Positions 19,888-29,804 of a DNA stretch of 64,000 bases are shown here, one piece after another. Within the stretch, counting starts at the first letter, position 1. Every line of letters starts with the position of its first letter. The notes below the pieces were generated by a model that made no database searches, was not told where the DNA came from, and saw only the letters and a program-made list of their open reading frames with translations. Made by a program: the position numbers and the translations under genes. Origin of the DNA: Terracidiphilus sp. (GTDB lineage: Bacteria > Acidobacteriota > Terriglobia > Terriglobales > Acidobacteriaceae); the NCBI GenBank assembly GCA_050012895.1, contig JBEKGH010000026.1, positions 2,190-66,189 on the forward strand, written 5' to 3'.

Positions 19888-20682
19888 CTACCCCGCGCTC
19901 TTCACCCGCACCACCGTGATCTTCTCAAACCCCTCTTCAAACACCGGCGGCTTGAGCTTCTCCGCCATGCGGTGCATGATGTCTTCGCTCACGGAGCGGT
20001 CGCGCTGGCGGTTGCGCTCCAGGCACACCTCGAGCGGCACATCGAAAAAGACCGCCTGCACTTCGTAGCCGAAGCTCTTGGCCATCTTGATCCACTGGCG
20101 GCGCTCGTGGATGGAGAGATTCGTCGCGTCCACATAGTTCATGGGCATTTTGGCGATGAGCCGCGCGCGTAAAAGCGAGCGCAGCGTGGAGAAGACCAGC
20201 CCCTGGTAGCGCTGCTCCTCAACATCGTCGAAGAGGATGTTGCGCAGCAAATCACTGGACAACGGGGTGATGCCGCGGCGGCCGAACCACGTGGTTTTGC
20301 CGGAGCCGGGCATGCCGATGGCCAGCACCACGAGGCCCTTGGGCGTTTGCCCCTGGGCGTTGGGCTTGGGCGACGGAACGGACGGCATCTCAGGCTGGGT
20401 TTCCACCTCGAGGCGGCCGGACCCCGCCGGCTCATTCCATTGCGGCTTGGCGGGCGATTGGGCCCGTGCAGGCCGGTCAGAACGTTGCGGCCGCGCCGGC
20501 TGGCCTTGCCGGGGCTCCTGGGCTCGCGGCGATTCCTGAGCTCGCGGCGCTGCCGGCGGCCGCGCCGGGATCTCGTCGGGATAGAGCGGGACCAGCGGAG
20601 CCGGCTGATTCGATGGGACTTCCGCGCCCGTTTTGCCGGTGGATTCTGAAGTATTCGGACCACGTCTGGAGCGTCTTCTCAT
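19888..20682 (-). CDS. P-loop NTPase / AAA_33-like predicted kinase with disordered Pro/Arg/Gln-rich N-terminus
   Basis: Walker A GMPGSGKTTW. C-terminal half resembles polynucleotide-kinase-type ATP-binding proteins. N-terminal 110 aa are low complexity. Confidence 0.55.
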   Translation of the reverse strand: MRRRSRRGPNTSESTGKTGAEVPSNQPAPLVPLYPDEIPARPPAAPRAQESPRAQEPRQGQPARPQRSDRPARAQSPAKPQWNEPAGSGRLEVETQPEMPSVPSPKPNAQGQTPKGLVVLAIGMPGSGKTTWFGRRGITPLSSDLLRNILFDDVEEQRYQGLVFSTLRSLLRARLIAKMPMNYVDATNLSIHERRQWIKMAKSFGYEVQAVFFDVPLEVCLERNRQRDRSVSEDIMHRMAEKLKPPVFEEGFEKITVVRVKSAG

Positions 20683-20955
20683 GTTGCTTTCAACCCTTGC
20701 CTAACTTTGCCTTTCACTCGGAATACCATACCGGGCACAGGCGCTGCAAATCTTGTGCACTCCGTCACATACAGTTCCGTCGCGGGAACCCCATCCTTAC
20801 GGTAGGGAATCGTGTGCGCCGGGCAGAGCTGCTCGCACTTCTTTGCCGCCGTCCACAATGTTACGATCAAGGGTTTGGTGGATTCCATTCCAAACGCCCT
20901 AAGAATTCAAGTCTTGAACCCAAATGGTTCACCCAAAGCGAAGGAGAAATCACAG

Positions 20956-21960
<1,005 letters not shown>

Positions 21961-21963
21961 GAA

Positions 21964-22050
21964 ACAGGTTTCAGGGGTCAGGGGTCAGGTTTCAGAAGGC
22001 GAGCCCGGCAAGTCCGGCAAAGTTGCGCCTGCTCCCTGAAACCTGACACC
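21964..22050. other. hairpin-forming inverted repeat in the gap-pgk intergenic region (tcaggtttcag ... ctgaaacctga)
   Basis: 11-bp perfect arms at 21986-21996 and 22036-22046, with an internal ggggtcaggggtcagg direct repeat. No U-tract. Confidence 0.4.
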
Positions 22051-22093
22051 TGGAACCTACTATTGATCTCTGGTTCCGATGAAAGGCAAAGTT

Positions 22094-23314
22094 ATGGCCA
22101 AGCTCTCGATCAAAGACATCGACCTGACCAACAAGCGGGTGTTCATCCGCGTTGATTTCAACGTACCTCTGACCGAAGACGGACAAACGATTACCGACGA
22201 CACGCGCATTGTGGCCACGCTGCCCACCATCGAGTACGCGTTGCGGCACCGCGCCAAGGTGATTCTGGCCTCGCACCTGGGCAGGCCCAAGGGCAAACCG
22301 AATCCAAAATATTCGCTGCGGCCCGTGGTGGACCGTCTGCGCGAACTGCTCGACAAGAAGGAAGACAACTACTCCATCAATGTCGCCTTCTCGCCGGATT
22401 GCGTGGGCGAAATTGCCGAAGAGATGGCGCGCCAGCTCGAATCGGGTCAGGTCCTGCTGCTCGAGAACCTGCGCTTCCACGCGGAAGAGGAAGCCAACGA
22501 CCCGGCTTTTTCAAAAGCACTCGCCTCGCTGGCCGAGGTCTACGTAAACGACGCCTTCGGCTCCGCGCACCGCGCGCACGCCTCCACCGAGGGCATTACG
22601 CACTACCTCAAGCCCGCCGTGGCCGGGCTGCTGATGGAAAAGGAAATCACCTACCTCGGCAAGGCGCTCGAATCGCCGGAAAAGCCTTTTGTGGCCATCC
22701 TCGGCGGATCGAAAATCTCCGGCAAAATCGACGTCATTCAAAACCTTCTCGACAAAGTCGACGCGCTCGCAATCGTCGGCGGCATGGCCTACACCTTCTA
22801 CCGCGCGCTCGGCGTCAAGACCGCCAAGTCGCTTGTTGAAGAAGACAAAATCGAGCTCGCCAAGCAGACGCTCGAAAAGGCGAAGGCCAAAGGCGTGAAG
22901 CTGCTCCTGCCAGTGGATAACGTGATCGCCGACAGCTTTTCGAACGACGCCAAGACCCAGGTGTGGGACAGCTCGAAAGACTTTCCCGAAGGCTGGCAGG
23001 GTCTCGACATCGGTCCCGAGTCGGTTGCCGCCATCGAACAGGTGGTTTCAACCGCAAAGACCATCGTATGGAACGGCCCCGCGGGCGTGTTTGAATTTCC
23101 GCGCTTTGCCGTGGGTACAAACGCCATCGCGCGCGCCGTGGCGGCCAATCGCGCGGCCACATCGATCATCGGCGGCGGCGATTCAGTCAGCGCCATCAAC
23201 CAGGCCGGTGTGGCCGATCAGATCACGCACATCTCCACCGGCGGCGGAGCTTCGCTGGAGTTTCTGGAAGGCAAGAAGCTGCCCGGCGTGGAAGCGCTGA
23301 CGGAAAAACAGTGA
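22094..23314 (+). CDS. pgk: phosphoglycerate kinase
   Basis: [26 protein letters not shown]...[12 protein letters not shown]...GGGASLE. Confidence 0.92.
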   Translation: MAKLSIKDIDLTNKRVFIRVDFNVPLTEDGQTITDDTRIVATLPTIEYALRHRAKVILASHLGRPKGKPNPKYSLRPVVDRLRELLDKKEDNYSINVAFSPDCVGEIAEEMARQLESGQVLLLENLRFHAEEEANDPAFSKALASLAEVYVNDAFGSAHRAHASTEGITHYLKPAVAGLLMEKEITYLGKALESPEKPFVAILGGSKISGKIDVIQNLLDKVDALAIVGGMAYTFYRALGVKTAKSLVEEDKIELAKQTLEKAKAKGVKLLLPVDNVIADSFSNDAKTQVWDSSKDFPEGWQGLDIGPESVAAIEQVVSTAKTIVWNGPAGVFEFPRFAVGTNAIARAVAANRAATSIIGGGDSVSAINQAGVADQITHISTGGGASLEFLEGKKLPGVEALTEKQ

Positions 23315-23331
23315 TCAGTGGTCAGTGATTA

Positions 23332-24021
23332 GTGGACAGAGAATCGAAGCCCCTGCTTGAGTATCTTGATCGAGAAATGATCATCATGAACGAACAGTGG
23401 ATCGAGCCGACTGCCGAGAACGTCAGAAATGCCTGCAAGCGTTTCGCCGACGACATCAACGAGCCCGATCTTGCACTGTTCGAACTCTTTGCACATTACC
23501 CTAAGAACGTGGATTCCGGACACGTCCTGCTGAAGGTCGTGGCGCTGAACGCACTCTACTCGACAATGATTCGCGTATATAGCAAGATCACTCCAACCGT
23601 TTATGAAGTTGCACATCACATTGTCGCAATGGGAAAGGAAGTTGATTCCGGCCTCGAAGTCGGCTTGCCAGGCTTGGTCCTCAAAATCTCAAAGTTAAGA
23701 AAAGGTGAGAACACTTTCCATAACTACTCATTTGCAACAAAGTATTGTAGCTTTCACCGGCCCGAATCTTATCCAATTTACGATTCACGCGTATACGAAT
23801 ACCTCAGACAACTCAGGAACCGCGGCAAACACAAGGGCGGCGGACTCAGACAATTCAAGAACGAAGAATTGTGGAACTATCCCAAATTCAAGGGCATCGT
23901 GGATGAGTTCCAGGTGCATTACGGACTTCAAGAATTCACGTACAAACAGATCGACGCCTTTCTTTACCTTGAAGGCGGGAAGTTGCTCTCCGCCAAAGAG
24001 CAGGAAAAGAAGAAGCTGTGA
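23332..24021 (+). CDS. hypothetical protein, lower-GC island gene 1
   Basis: Codon-consistent ORF (alternative starts at 23377 and 23386). Visibly AT-richer than its neighbours. No motif I recognise. Confidence 0.5.
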   Translation: MDRESKPLLEYLDREMIIMNEQWIEPTAENVRNACKRFADDINEPDLALFELFAHYPKNVDSGHVLLKVVALNALYSTMIRVYSKITPTVYEVAHHIVAMGKEVDSGLEVGLPGLVLKISKLRKGENTFHNYSFATKYCSFHRPESYPIYDSRVYEYLRQLRNRGKHKGGGLRQFKNEELWNYPKFKGIVDEFQVHYGLQEFTYKQIDAFLYLEGGKLLSAKEQEKKKL

Positions 24022-24034
24022 ACAGTGAACAACA

Positions 24035-24075
24035 AAATCGCATCCGATGCGAGAGCGCCGGATGCGATTTTTGAT
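24035..24075 (+). terminator. rho-independent terminator
   Basis: aatcgcatccg-atgcgagagcgc-cggatgcgatt followed by tttt. Confidence 0.55.
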
Positions 24076-24126
24076 GCCCGGTGATTCCTCGAAAATGAAT
24101 ATACTAAAAGCTGGGGCGAAATAATC

Positions 24127-24747
24127 ATGAGTTACTACACGCGAGTCTTGTCGAAAGATGAGGAGTTTCCTTCCTTTGACGAACTTGCGCAATTCGTTCG
24201 CGCCGAGCACCCACAATTCAAACTCACTCTCGAAGAAGGCACAGAGGAAGAGTGGGAAAGCCTGCTCCTCTCCGGAAATGACGACGTTGAAGTTGCGGTG
24301 ATCGAGCGCAATCCGGTCTCGGAGGGTTCAATCGGCGAGGATGACATTGCCGAATTCATCGAGGACACCCAGGATGCAAAGCCTGAAACCGGTGTCGCAT
24401 GGCTCCATGAGTTTCTGGCCTCAGTGAAAACCATTTATGCCTTTCAGCACCTGCAGGGAAACGAATTTGAAGGAGGCAGCAACGCACTCCACGCACTGCG
24501 CACAAAGTTGTGGGAGCGCGGCGACGCGATTCTGCAGGCCGATGGCGAAGGGTTCACGAATGAGGAGGGCTTCCACATCGTCTGGCAGTTCTCCGACTCG
24601 GTCTCAGGCCCATGGAACATGGGCGTGCAGCAGGACGGCGTCTGGCGTCAATTCACGATGGATCTGGGCGATCCGGATCATCGCGCTGCTTTCCTTGAAG
24701 GCTCGGTGCCCGACGATTTGACCTCGACGCTCGGATCAGGCTCGTAG
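24127..24747 (+). CDS. hypothetical acidic protein, lower-GC island gene 2
   Basis: MSYYTRVLSKDEEFPSFDELAQFVRAEHPQFKLTLEEGTEEEWESLLL...: strongly acidic, no motif I recognise. Confidence 0.5.
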   Translation: MSYYTRVLSKDEEFPSFDELAQFVRAEHPQFKLTLEEGTEEEWESLLLSGNDDVEVAVIERNPVSEGSIGEDDIAEFIEDTQDAKPETGVAWLHEFLASVKTIYAFQHLQGNEFEGGSNALHALRTKLWERGDAILQADGEGFTNEEGFHIVWQFSDSVSGPWNMGVQQDGVWRQFTMDLGDPDHRAAFLEGSVPDDLTSTLGSGS

Positions 24748-24866
24748 GCTCAGCGCCACCGCTTCTTCTCGATGGGGTCTTCCCCCTCCGGCAGAGGGTT
24801 CAGTTGACGCTTGTTGACAGGTTGGACCCGGCAATTTAACATCTGGCCTTCCCCCAAGGAATTAGA

Positions 24867-25490
24867 ATGAATGACTCTTGTCCGATTTGTTCCTCGGTGC
24901 TTCCTGAGGGCGTCAGGATTTGCCCGAGATGCGTGGACGTGAGGGACGCAAATCTGCCAGTGGTTGAGGCACCAGCGTCCGATGCGACAAAGAGCTCCAA
25001 CCCGGAGATTTACCAGCCAAAAATCGGCGGATGGCTTTCTTTCGTCAGGGCTGGCTTGGTAATTTGGGCTGTCGTGAGCGGAGCCTTTGCTATCTCGGTT
25101 AACTATGAACTGGACAATGGATTATTCCATCAACTCTTCGCGAGAGATTCGGAAATTGCGCATCTGTGCTCCTTGGAGATCGGAACGAACATAGCGCGCG
25201 TTGCCGCATTAGCTTGTCTGATGGTCCTTTTCTCAAAACGGAAGCGGCTATTTGTACGATGCATGATCGCTTATCTTGTCATCCAGTTCAGTCTGAGTGT
25301 TCTCGATCACATGGCGGCCTCAGCGGTGGCGCGGTCAATTTTCGAGGGGGAAGTAACGGTAGAACTCATAAGCCTGACGGCACTTTTTCCTGCAGAAGTG
25401 TTTGGGCTTTTTGTGGCCTTCGTGATAGCGCTGGTTTTCATTCCGTATTTTCTGAGATCGCAGCGCGTAAGAGCTACGTTTGTGCGCTAG
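24867..25490 (+). CDS. zinc-ribbon + 4-TM membrane protein, lower-GC island gene 3
   Basis: N-terminal CPICSSVLPEGVRICPRCV (CxxC...CxxC zinc ribbon), then four hydrophobic helices. Confidence 0.55.
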   Translation: MNDSCPICSSVLPEGVRICPRCVDVRDANLPVVEAPASDATKSSNPEIYQPKIGGWLSFVRAGLVIWAVVSGAFAISVNYELDNGLFHQLFARDSEIAHLCSLEIGTNIARVAALACLMVLFSKRKRLFVRCMIAYLVIQFSLSVLDHMAASAVARSIFEGEVTVELISLTALFPAEVFGLFVAFVIALVFIPYFLRSQRVRATFVR

Positions 25491-25707
25491 ATTGGTCAGA
25501 CAGCGGCCCACATTCGAAGCCGCGGCCCTTCCAGTAATTCTCCGCGCGTGTCCCCCGGTTAGAACCTGAATGCTTTGCTGGCAAAACAACTACGCACCTC
25601 TCCACGAGGCGCAGCTACCTCGCGCACCCAAGCACGGACCTGTGCTTACCATCACCCCGTACACTGAATTCCATCCATTAAGATTGGTCTGAGGGGTTTG
25701 ATAAAAA

Positions 25708-26460
25708 ATGTCTCGTAAAGCGCTGATTGCTGCCAATTGGAAGATGTACAAGACGCCGGCGGAAGCCATGGCGTTTGTCGATGCTTTTTTGCCGCTGGTT
25801 GCCGGGCACACGCGCGACGAGATCGCGCTGTTCCCTTCTCCGGTGCTGCTGCCAACCGTCACCGCTGCATGCAATGCATCGAATGTGGCCGTGGGCGCGC
25901 AGAACATCCACTTTGCCGAGGAGGGCGCCTACACCGGCGAGACTTCCGTGGGGCAACTGATCGCCGTGGGCGGAACGCATACGCTCATCGGCCACTCGGA
26001 GCGGCGCCAGTACTTTGCCGAGACCGACGAGATTGTGAACAAGAAGCTGCACACGGCGCTCAAACATGGAATCATCCCGATCGTGTGCGTGGGCGAGGTG
26101 CTGGCGGAGCGCGAGGCCGGCAAGACGGCAAGCGTGCTCGAGACCCAGGTGAAGGGCGCATTTGCGGGCATTACGCCCGAGGCCGCGGCGCCGATTGTGA
26201 TTGCCTATGAGCCGGTGTGGGCCATCGGCACGGGCAAAACGGCGACGCCGGAGATAGCCGTCGACGCACACCGCATCATTCGCGCCGAAGTGGCGAAGCT
26301 GCTGGGAGAGAACGTGGCCGCTGCTATGCGCATTCTCTACGGCGGCAGCGTAAAGCCGGACAACGCGACGGCGCTCCTCGGTCAGGAAGAGATTGACGGC
26401 GCACTGGTAGGCGGCGCAAGCCTGAAGCCGGATTCGTTTGCGGCCATCGTGAAATATTAA
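25708..26460 (+). CDS. tpiA: triosephosphate isomerase
   Basis: MSRKALIAANWKMYKT...LIGHSERRQYF...AYEPVWAIGTGKTAT...YGGSVKPDNA. Confidence 0.92.
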   Translation: MSRKALIAANWKMYKTPAEAMAFVDAFLPLVAGHTRDEIALFPSPVLLPTVTAACNASNVAVGAQNIHFAEEGAYTGETSVGQLIAVGGTHTLIGHSERRQYFAETDEIVNKKLHTALKHGIIPIVCVGEVLAEREAGKTASVLETQVKGAFAGITPEAAAPIVIAYEPVWAIGTGKTATPEIAVDAHRIIRAEVAKLLGENVAAAMRILYGGSVKPDNATALLGQEEIDGALVGGASLKPDSFAAIVKY

Positions 26461-26465
26461 AAAGG

Positions 26466-26505
26466 CAGCGGAGTTAGCGGGGCTGGCGGAGTTAGCTGCG
26501 TTAGC
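26466..26505. repeat. short GTTAGCGGR-type tandem repeat array
   Basis: gcggagttagcggggctggcggagttagctgcgttagcg, directly after the tpiA stop. Confidence 0.6.
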
Positions 26506-26546
26506 GTCCGCTGCGCGGACATTCGCAAGTTAGTAAGTTAGCAAAA

Positions 26547-26590
26547 GGCCGTTCGGAGCGAGGAGCTCCGGGCGGCTTTTGGCGTTTATC
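26547..26590 (+). terminator. rho-independent terminator after tpiA
   Basis: gccgttcggagc-gaggag-gctccgggcggc (stem with two G-U pairs), then ttttggcgttt. Confidence 0.5.
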
Positions 26591-26736
26591 GATGCTTTCG
26601 GTTGTTTGGTCTCTGTGCCCCGGAGGGGCAATCGAAAATAGCCCAGGACAAGTTCGCGTGAGCGAACGCAGTCCTGGGTATGCGGTTCCCAAATCTCCCC
26701 GCGCCTCGTAGGGGCGCGACGAAACGGGATTGCGCG

Positions 26737-28299
26737 CTACGCGTAGAAGCTGGCGATCCAGTTCTGCAGCAGCGCCGGGAAGCAACCGAGGACGAGAACG
26801 GCGGCGGCGATGAGCAACAGCACAGCCATCGTGACGGGATGCGCTTTGATGGGCGACTCGTCGGCCGCGGGCATCACATAAGCGCGCTTGAGCACCTGCA
26901 GATAGTAGTAGAGCGAGACGGCGCTGAAAGCGATGGCGAGCGCGACCAGGGCGAAGGGAACCGCGCCAGCACCGCCGGAGAGAACTGCGGCAAACAAGTT
27001 GAACTTGGCCCAGAAGCCGACCAGCGGCGGGATTCCGGCGAGCGAGAGAAAGAGCACAAGCAATACGGCGGCGAGCAGCGGGTTGCGCTTTTGCAATCCG
27101 AGGAAGCTGTCGAGTTTGTCGGAGCCGGTGGCGCGCTCCACGACGCCGACGACACCGAAGGCGCCAATGGTGGTGAGACCGTAGGTGAGGACGTAGTAGA
27201 GAACCGCCTGGGGAATGCGGTCCGGCCATGACAGGAACGCGAGCCCGAGAAGAATGTAGCCGGCATGCGCGATGGCGGAGTAGGCAAGCAGGCGGCGGAC
27301 ACTCGATTGCGCCAGCGCGGCCAGGTTGCCGAAGACCATTGACGCGACAGAGAGAACGACCAAAATCAAATACCAGCCGTAATACACGGTCATCGTGACT
27401 TCGTGTTGCGAACCGCTGACCATTGCTACCGATGCCCCGGAGTGGCTGTGGCCGGCCGATTGCCAAATCCGAACCAGGGTTTGCAAATAATGGAGAGACG
27501 CGTAGCCGATAGAAATGAGCAGAGCGAAGCTGGCGACCTTGGAAACCGATGCAATGAACGCCGCGGCGGGAGCGGGCGCACCTTCATAGGTATCTGGCGC
27601 CCAGAAATGGAATGGGACCGCGGCAACCTTAAAGCCGAGACCGGCGGCGATCATGACCAGCGCGATTAAAATCAGCGGCGTTCCGCCGTTGAAGGCGGCA
27701 TTGTTAACGCCGAAGACAACGCGCGGCAAATAGGTGGAACCGGACAAGCCGTAGAGATAGCTGAAACCGAACAGCAGAAACGCCGCGGACATGCCGCCGA
27801 ATAGGTAATACTTGAGCGCAGCTTCGGCACTCTTCTCGGATTTCTTGGCGAAGGCCGTGAGAATATAGAGGCCGAGCGAGAGCAACTCGAGACCGACGAA
27901 GATGACCAGCAGATCCTGCGCGGCGGCGATGATTATGCCGCCCGCCGCCGCCATCAGCACCACGGAGACATATTCGCCGGGGTTGCGCGTGAACTCGGTA
28001 TCGATGAAGAGCAGAAGCGTGAGCGCGGTAAGAACAAGAATCGCGATCTGCGCGACGGCTGCGGACCCACCCGCGGCAAGGAGAAGGTGCCTGCCGTTAC
28101 TCAGCCCGTCCCAACCCGCGATGTAAACAGCCCAGATCGCTGCAGCGCAGCCGAAGAGGCCAACAAGCGCGGCGACAGCGACGCGGGTCTTGGCTGCGGC
28201 CTTGCGCAGGAAGCCGAGATCGACGACCAGCACAAGGAGCGCGGCGATTTCTAAAGCCGTTTCAGGCAGCGTGGCGCGGAAGAGGTCAACGTAGTTCAT
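26737..28299 (-). CDS. nuoN: NADH-quinone oxidoreductase subunit N
   Basis: MNYVDLFRATLPE...PFHFWAPDTYEGAPAPAAAFIASVSK (ND2-type motif). Confidence 0.85.
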   Translation of the reverse strand: MNYVDLFRATLPETALEIAALLVLVVDLGFLRKAAAKTRVAVAALVGLFGCAAAIWAVYIAGWDGLSNGRHLLLAAGGSAAVAQIAILVLTALTLLLFIDTEFTRNPGEYVSVVLMAAAGGIIIAAAQDLLVIFVGLELLSLGLYILTAFAKKSEKSAEAALKYYLFGGMSAAFLLFGFSYLYGLSGSTYLPRVVFGVNNAAFNGGTPLILIALVMIAAGLGFKVAAVPFHFWAPDTYEGAPAPAAAFIASVSKVASFALLISIGYASLHYLQTLVRIWQSAGHSHSGASVAMVSGSQHEVTMTVYYGWYLILVVLSVASMVFGNLAALAQSSVRRLLAYSAIAHAGYILLGLAFLSWPDRIPQAVLYYVLTYGLTTIGAFGVVGVVERATGSDKLDSFLGLQKRNPLLAAVLLVLFLSLAGIPPLVGFWAKFNLFAAVLSGGAGAVPFALVALAIAFSAVSLYYYLQVLKRAYVMPAADESPIKAHPVTMAVLLLIAAAVLVLGCFPALLQNWIASFYA

Positions 28300-29801
28300 T
28301 GCGCGCCTCCCGCAAGCAGCGTTTTCACGGCCGGCTCAATTTGGTCAAGAAGTATGCGCGGATAGAGGCCGACAACGAGGGTGCAGACGCCGAGCAGGAC
28401 CACGCCGGCGTACTCAGGCCAGGTGATGGGAGCGAATTTGTGCTCCTGCTCCGCTTCAAGCTCGTGCGCGGTGGGTAGCGTGTCGCTGAAGAATGCTTTT
28501 TGCAGGGCGCGCCAGGTGTAGGCGACGCCGACGATGATGCCGATGCCGGAAACGATCGCCCAAATTGGATTCGCGCGCCACGCGCCGACCAGGACCTGCA
28601 GCTCGGCGACGAAGCCGGAGAAGCCTGGTAAACCCATCGACGCGATGCCCGCAAAGACAAAGGCCCAGGCGGCAAAGGGCAAGCGGCGCGAGAGGTGCAT
28701 CGGTTCAAGCTCGGCGAATTGGCGCGTATGCGTGCGGTCGTAAACCACACGCCCGACGATCGCAAATAAGAGGCCGGCAATGATGCCGTGCGAAAACATC
28801 TGCAGCACCGCGCCGTCGACGCCGATCTGGTTGAGCGTCATGAGGCCGAGCAATACGAAACCCATGTGGCTGACGCTGGAATAGCCGATGACGAATTTGA
28901 AGTCGGTTTGCGCCAGAGCGACGAGCGCGCCGTAGACGATGCCGATGACCGCGAGCCACGCGAAGACGTCGCGCCAGGAACCAATGCCGAGAAGCGAGAA
29001 TCCCCAGGGATCGAGGCCGTGCGGAAAGAGGCCGATGCCGACTCTGAGACAACCGTATGCGCCGAGCTTCATGACTACGCCGGCCAGCAGCATGGAGGCA
29101 GCGGTGGGTGCGGCGACGTGGCCGGTGGGCGCCCAGGTGTGGAAGGGCCACATGCCGGCCAGAATCCCGAAGCCCACGAAGACCAGCGGGAAGCACCACA
29201 TTTGGAAGCTGACCGACAAGCCTGCGCTCGCAAGCGCGGCGAGTGTCGTCGAGTGCGAACCGGCGGTTGCGTAGGCGGCAAGCAGACCGATGAGCACCAT
29301 GGCCGAACCGACGAAGGAGTAGATCGCAAGTTTCATGGCCCCGTACTCGCGGCGCGTCGAGCCCCAGATGGCGATGAGGAAATATTTAGGAACGATGGCG
29401 ATTTCGTAAAAAATAAAAAGCAGGAAGAGATCGCCGCTCAAAAACACGCCGTAGACGCCGCCGATGAGCGCGAGATAAAACGCGAAGAATTGATTGGTGC
29501 GGAGTTCGATGTTCCAACTGAAGAGCACGCCCGAGACCGACGCGATGCCGGTGAGCAAAACCAGCACGCGGCTGATGCCGTCGGCCGCAAGCAAGTAGTG
29601 GATGCCCATGGAAGGCACCCAGAGTACGTCGACAAACACCTGCCGCCCCTGGCCAAAGCCCGCCGCGTAGCCAGCGACGGCGATCGCAAGCCCGGCCACG
29701 GCCACGGCGAGCGCAAACCAGCGCGCAAGGACGGGTTTGTCCTTGGGGCAAAGCGCCGAAATGAGCGCGCCGGCGAACGAAATGTAAATGGTCCAAGCCA
29801 T
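28296..29801 (-). CDS. nuoM: NADH-quinone oxidoreductase subunit M (copy 2)
   Basis: PFHTWAPTGHVAAPTAASMLLAGVVMKLGAYGCLR (ND4-type motif). Confidence 0.8.
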   Translation of the reverse strand: MAWTIYISFAGALISALCPKDKPVLARWFALAVAVAGLAIAVAGYAAGFGQGRQVFVDVLWVPSMGIHYLLAADGISRVLVLLTGIASVSGVLFSWNIELRTNQFFAFYLALIGGVYGVFLSGDLFLLFIFYEIAIVPKYFLIAIWGSTRREYGAMKLAIYSFVGSAMVLIGLLAAYATAGSHSTTLAALASAGLSVSFQMWCFPLVFVGFGILAGMWPFHTWAPTGHVAAPTAASMLLAGVVMKLGAYGCLRVGIGLFPHGLDPWGFSLLGIGSWRDVFAWLAVIGIVYGALVALAQTDFKFVIGYSSVSHMGFVLLGLMTLNQIGVDGAVLQMFSHGIIAGLLFAIVGRVVYDRTHTRQFAELEPMHLSRRLPFAAWAFVFAGIASMGLPGFSGFVAELQVLVGAWRANPIWAIVSGIGIIVGVAYTWRALQKAFFSDTLPTAHELEAEQEHKFAPITWPEYAGVVLLGVCTLVVGLYPRILLDQIEPAVKTLLAGGAQ

Positions 29802-29804
29802 TCT

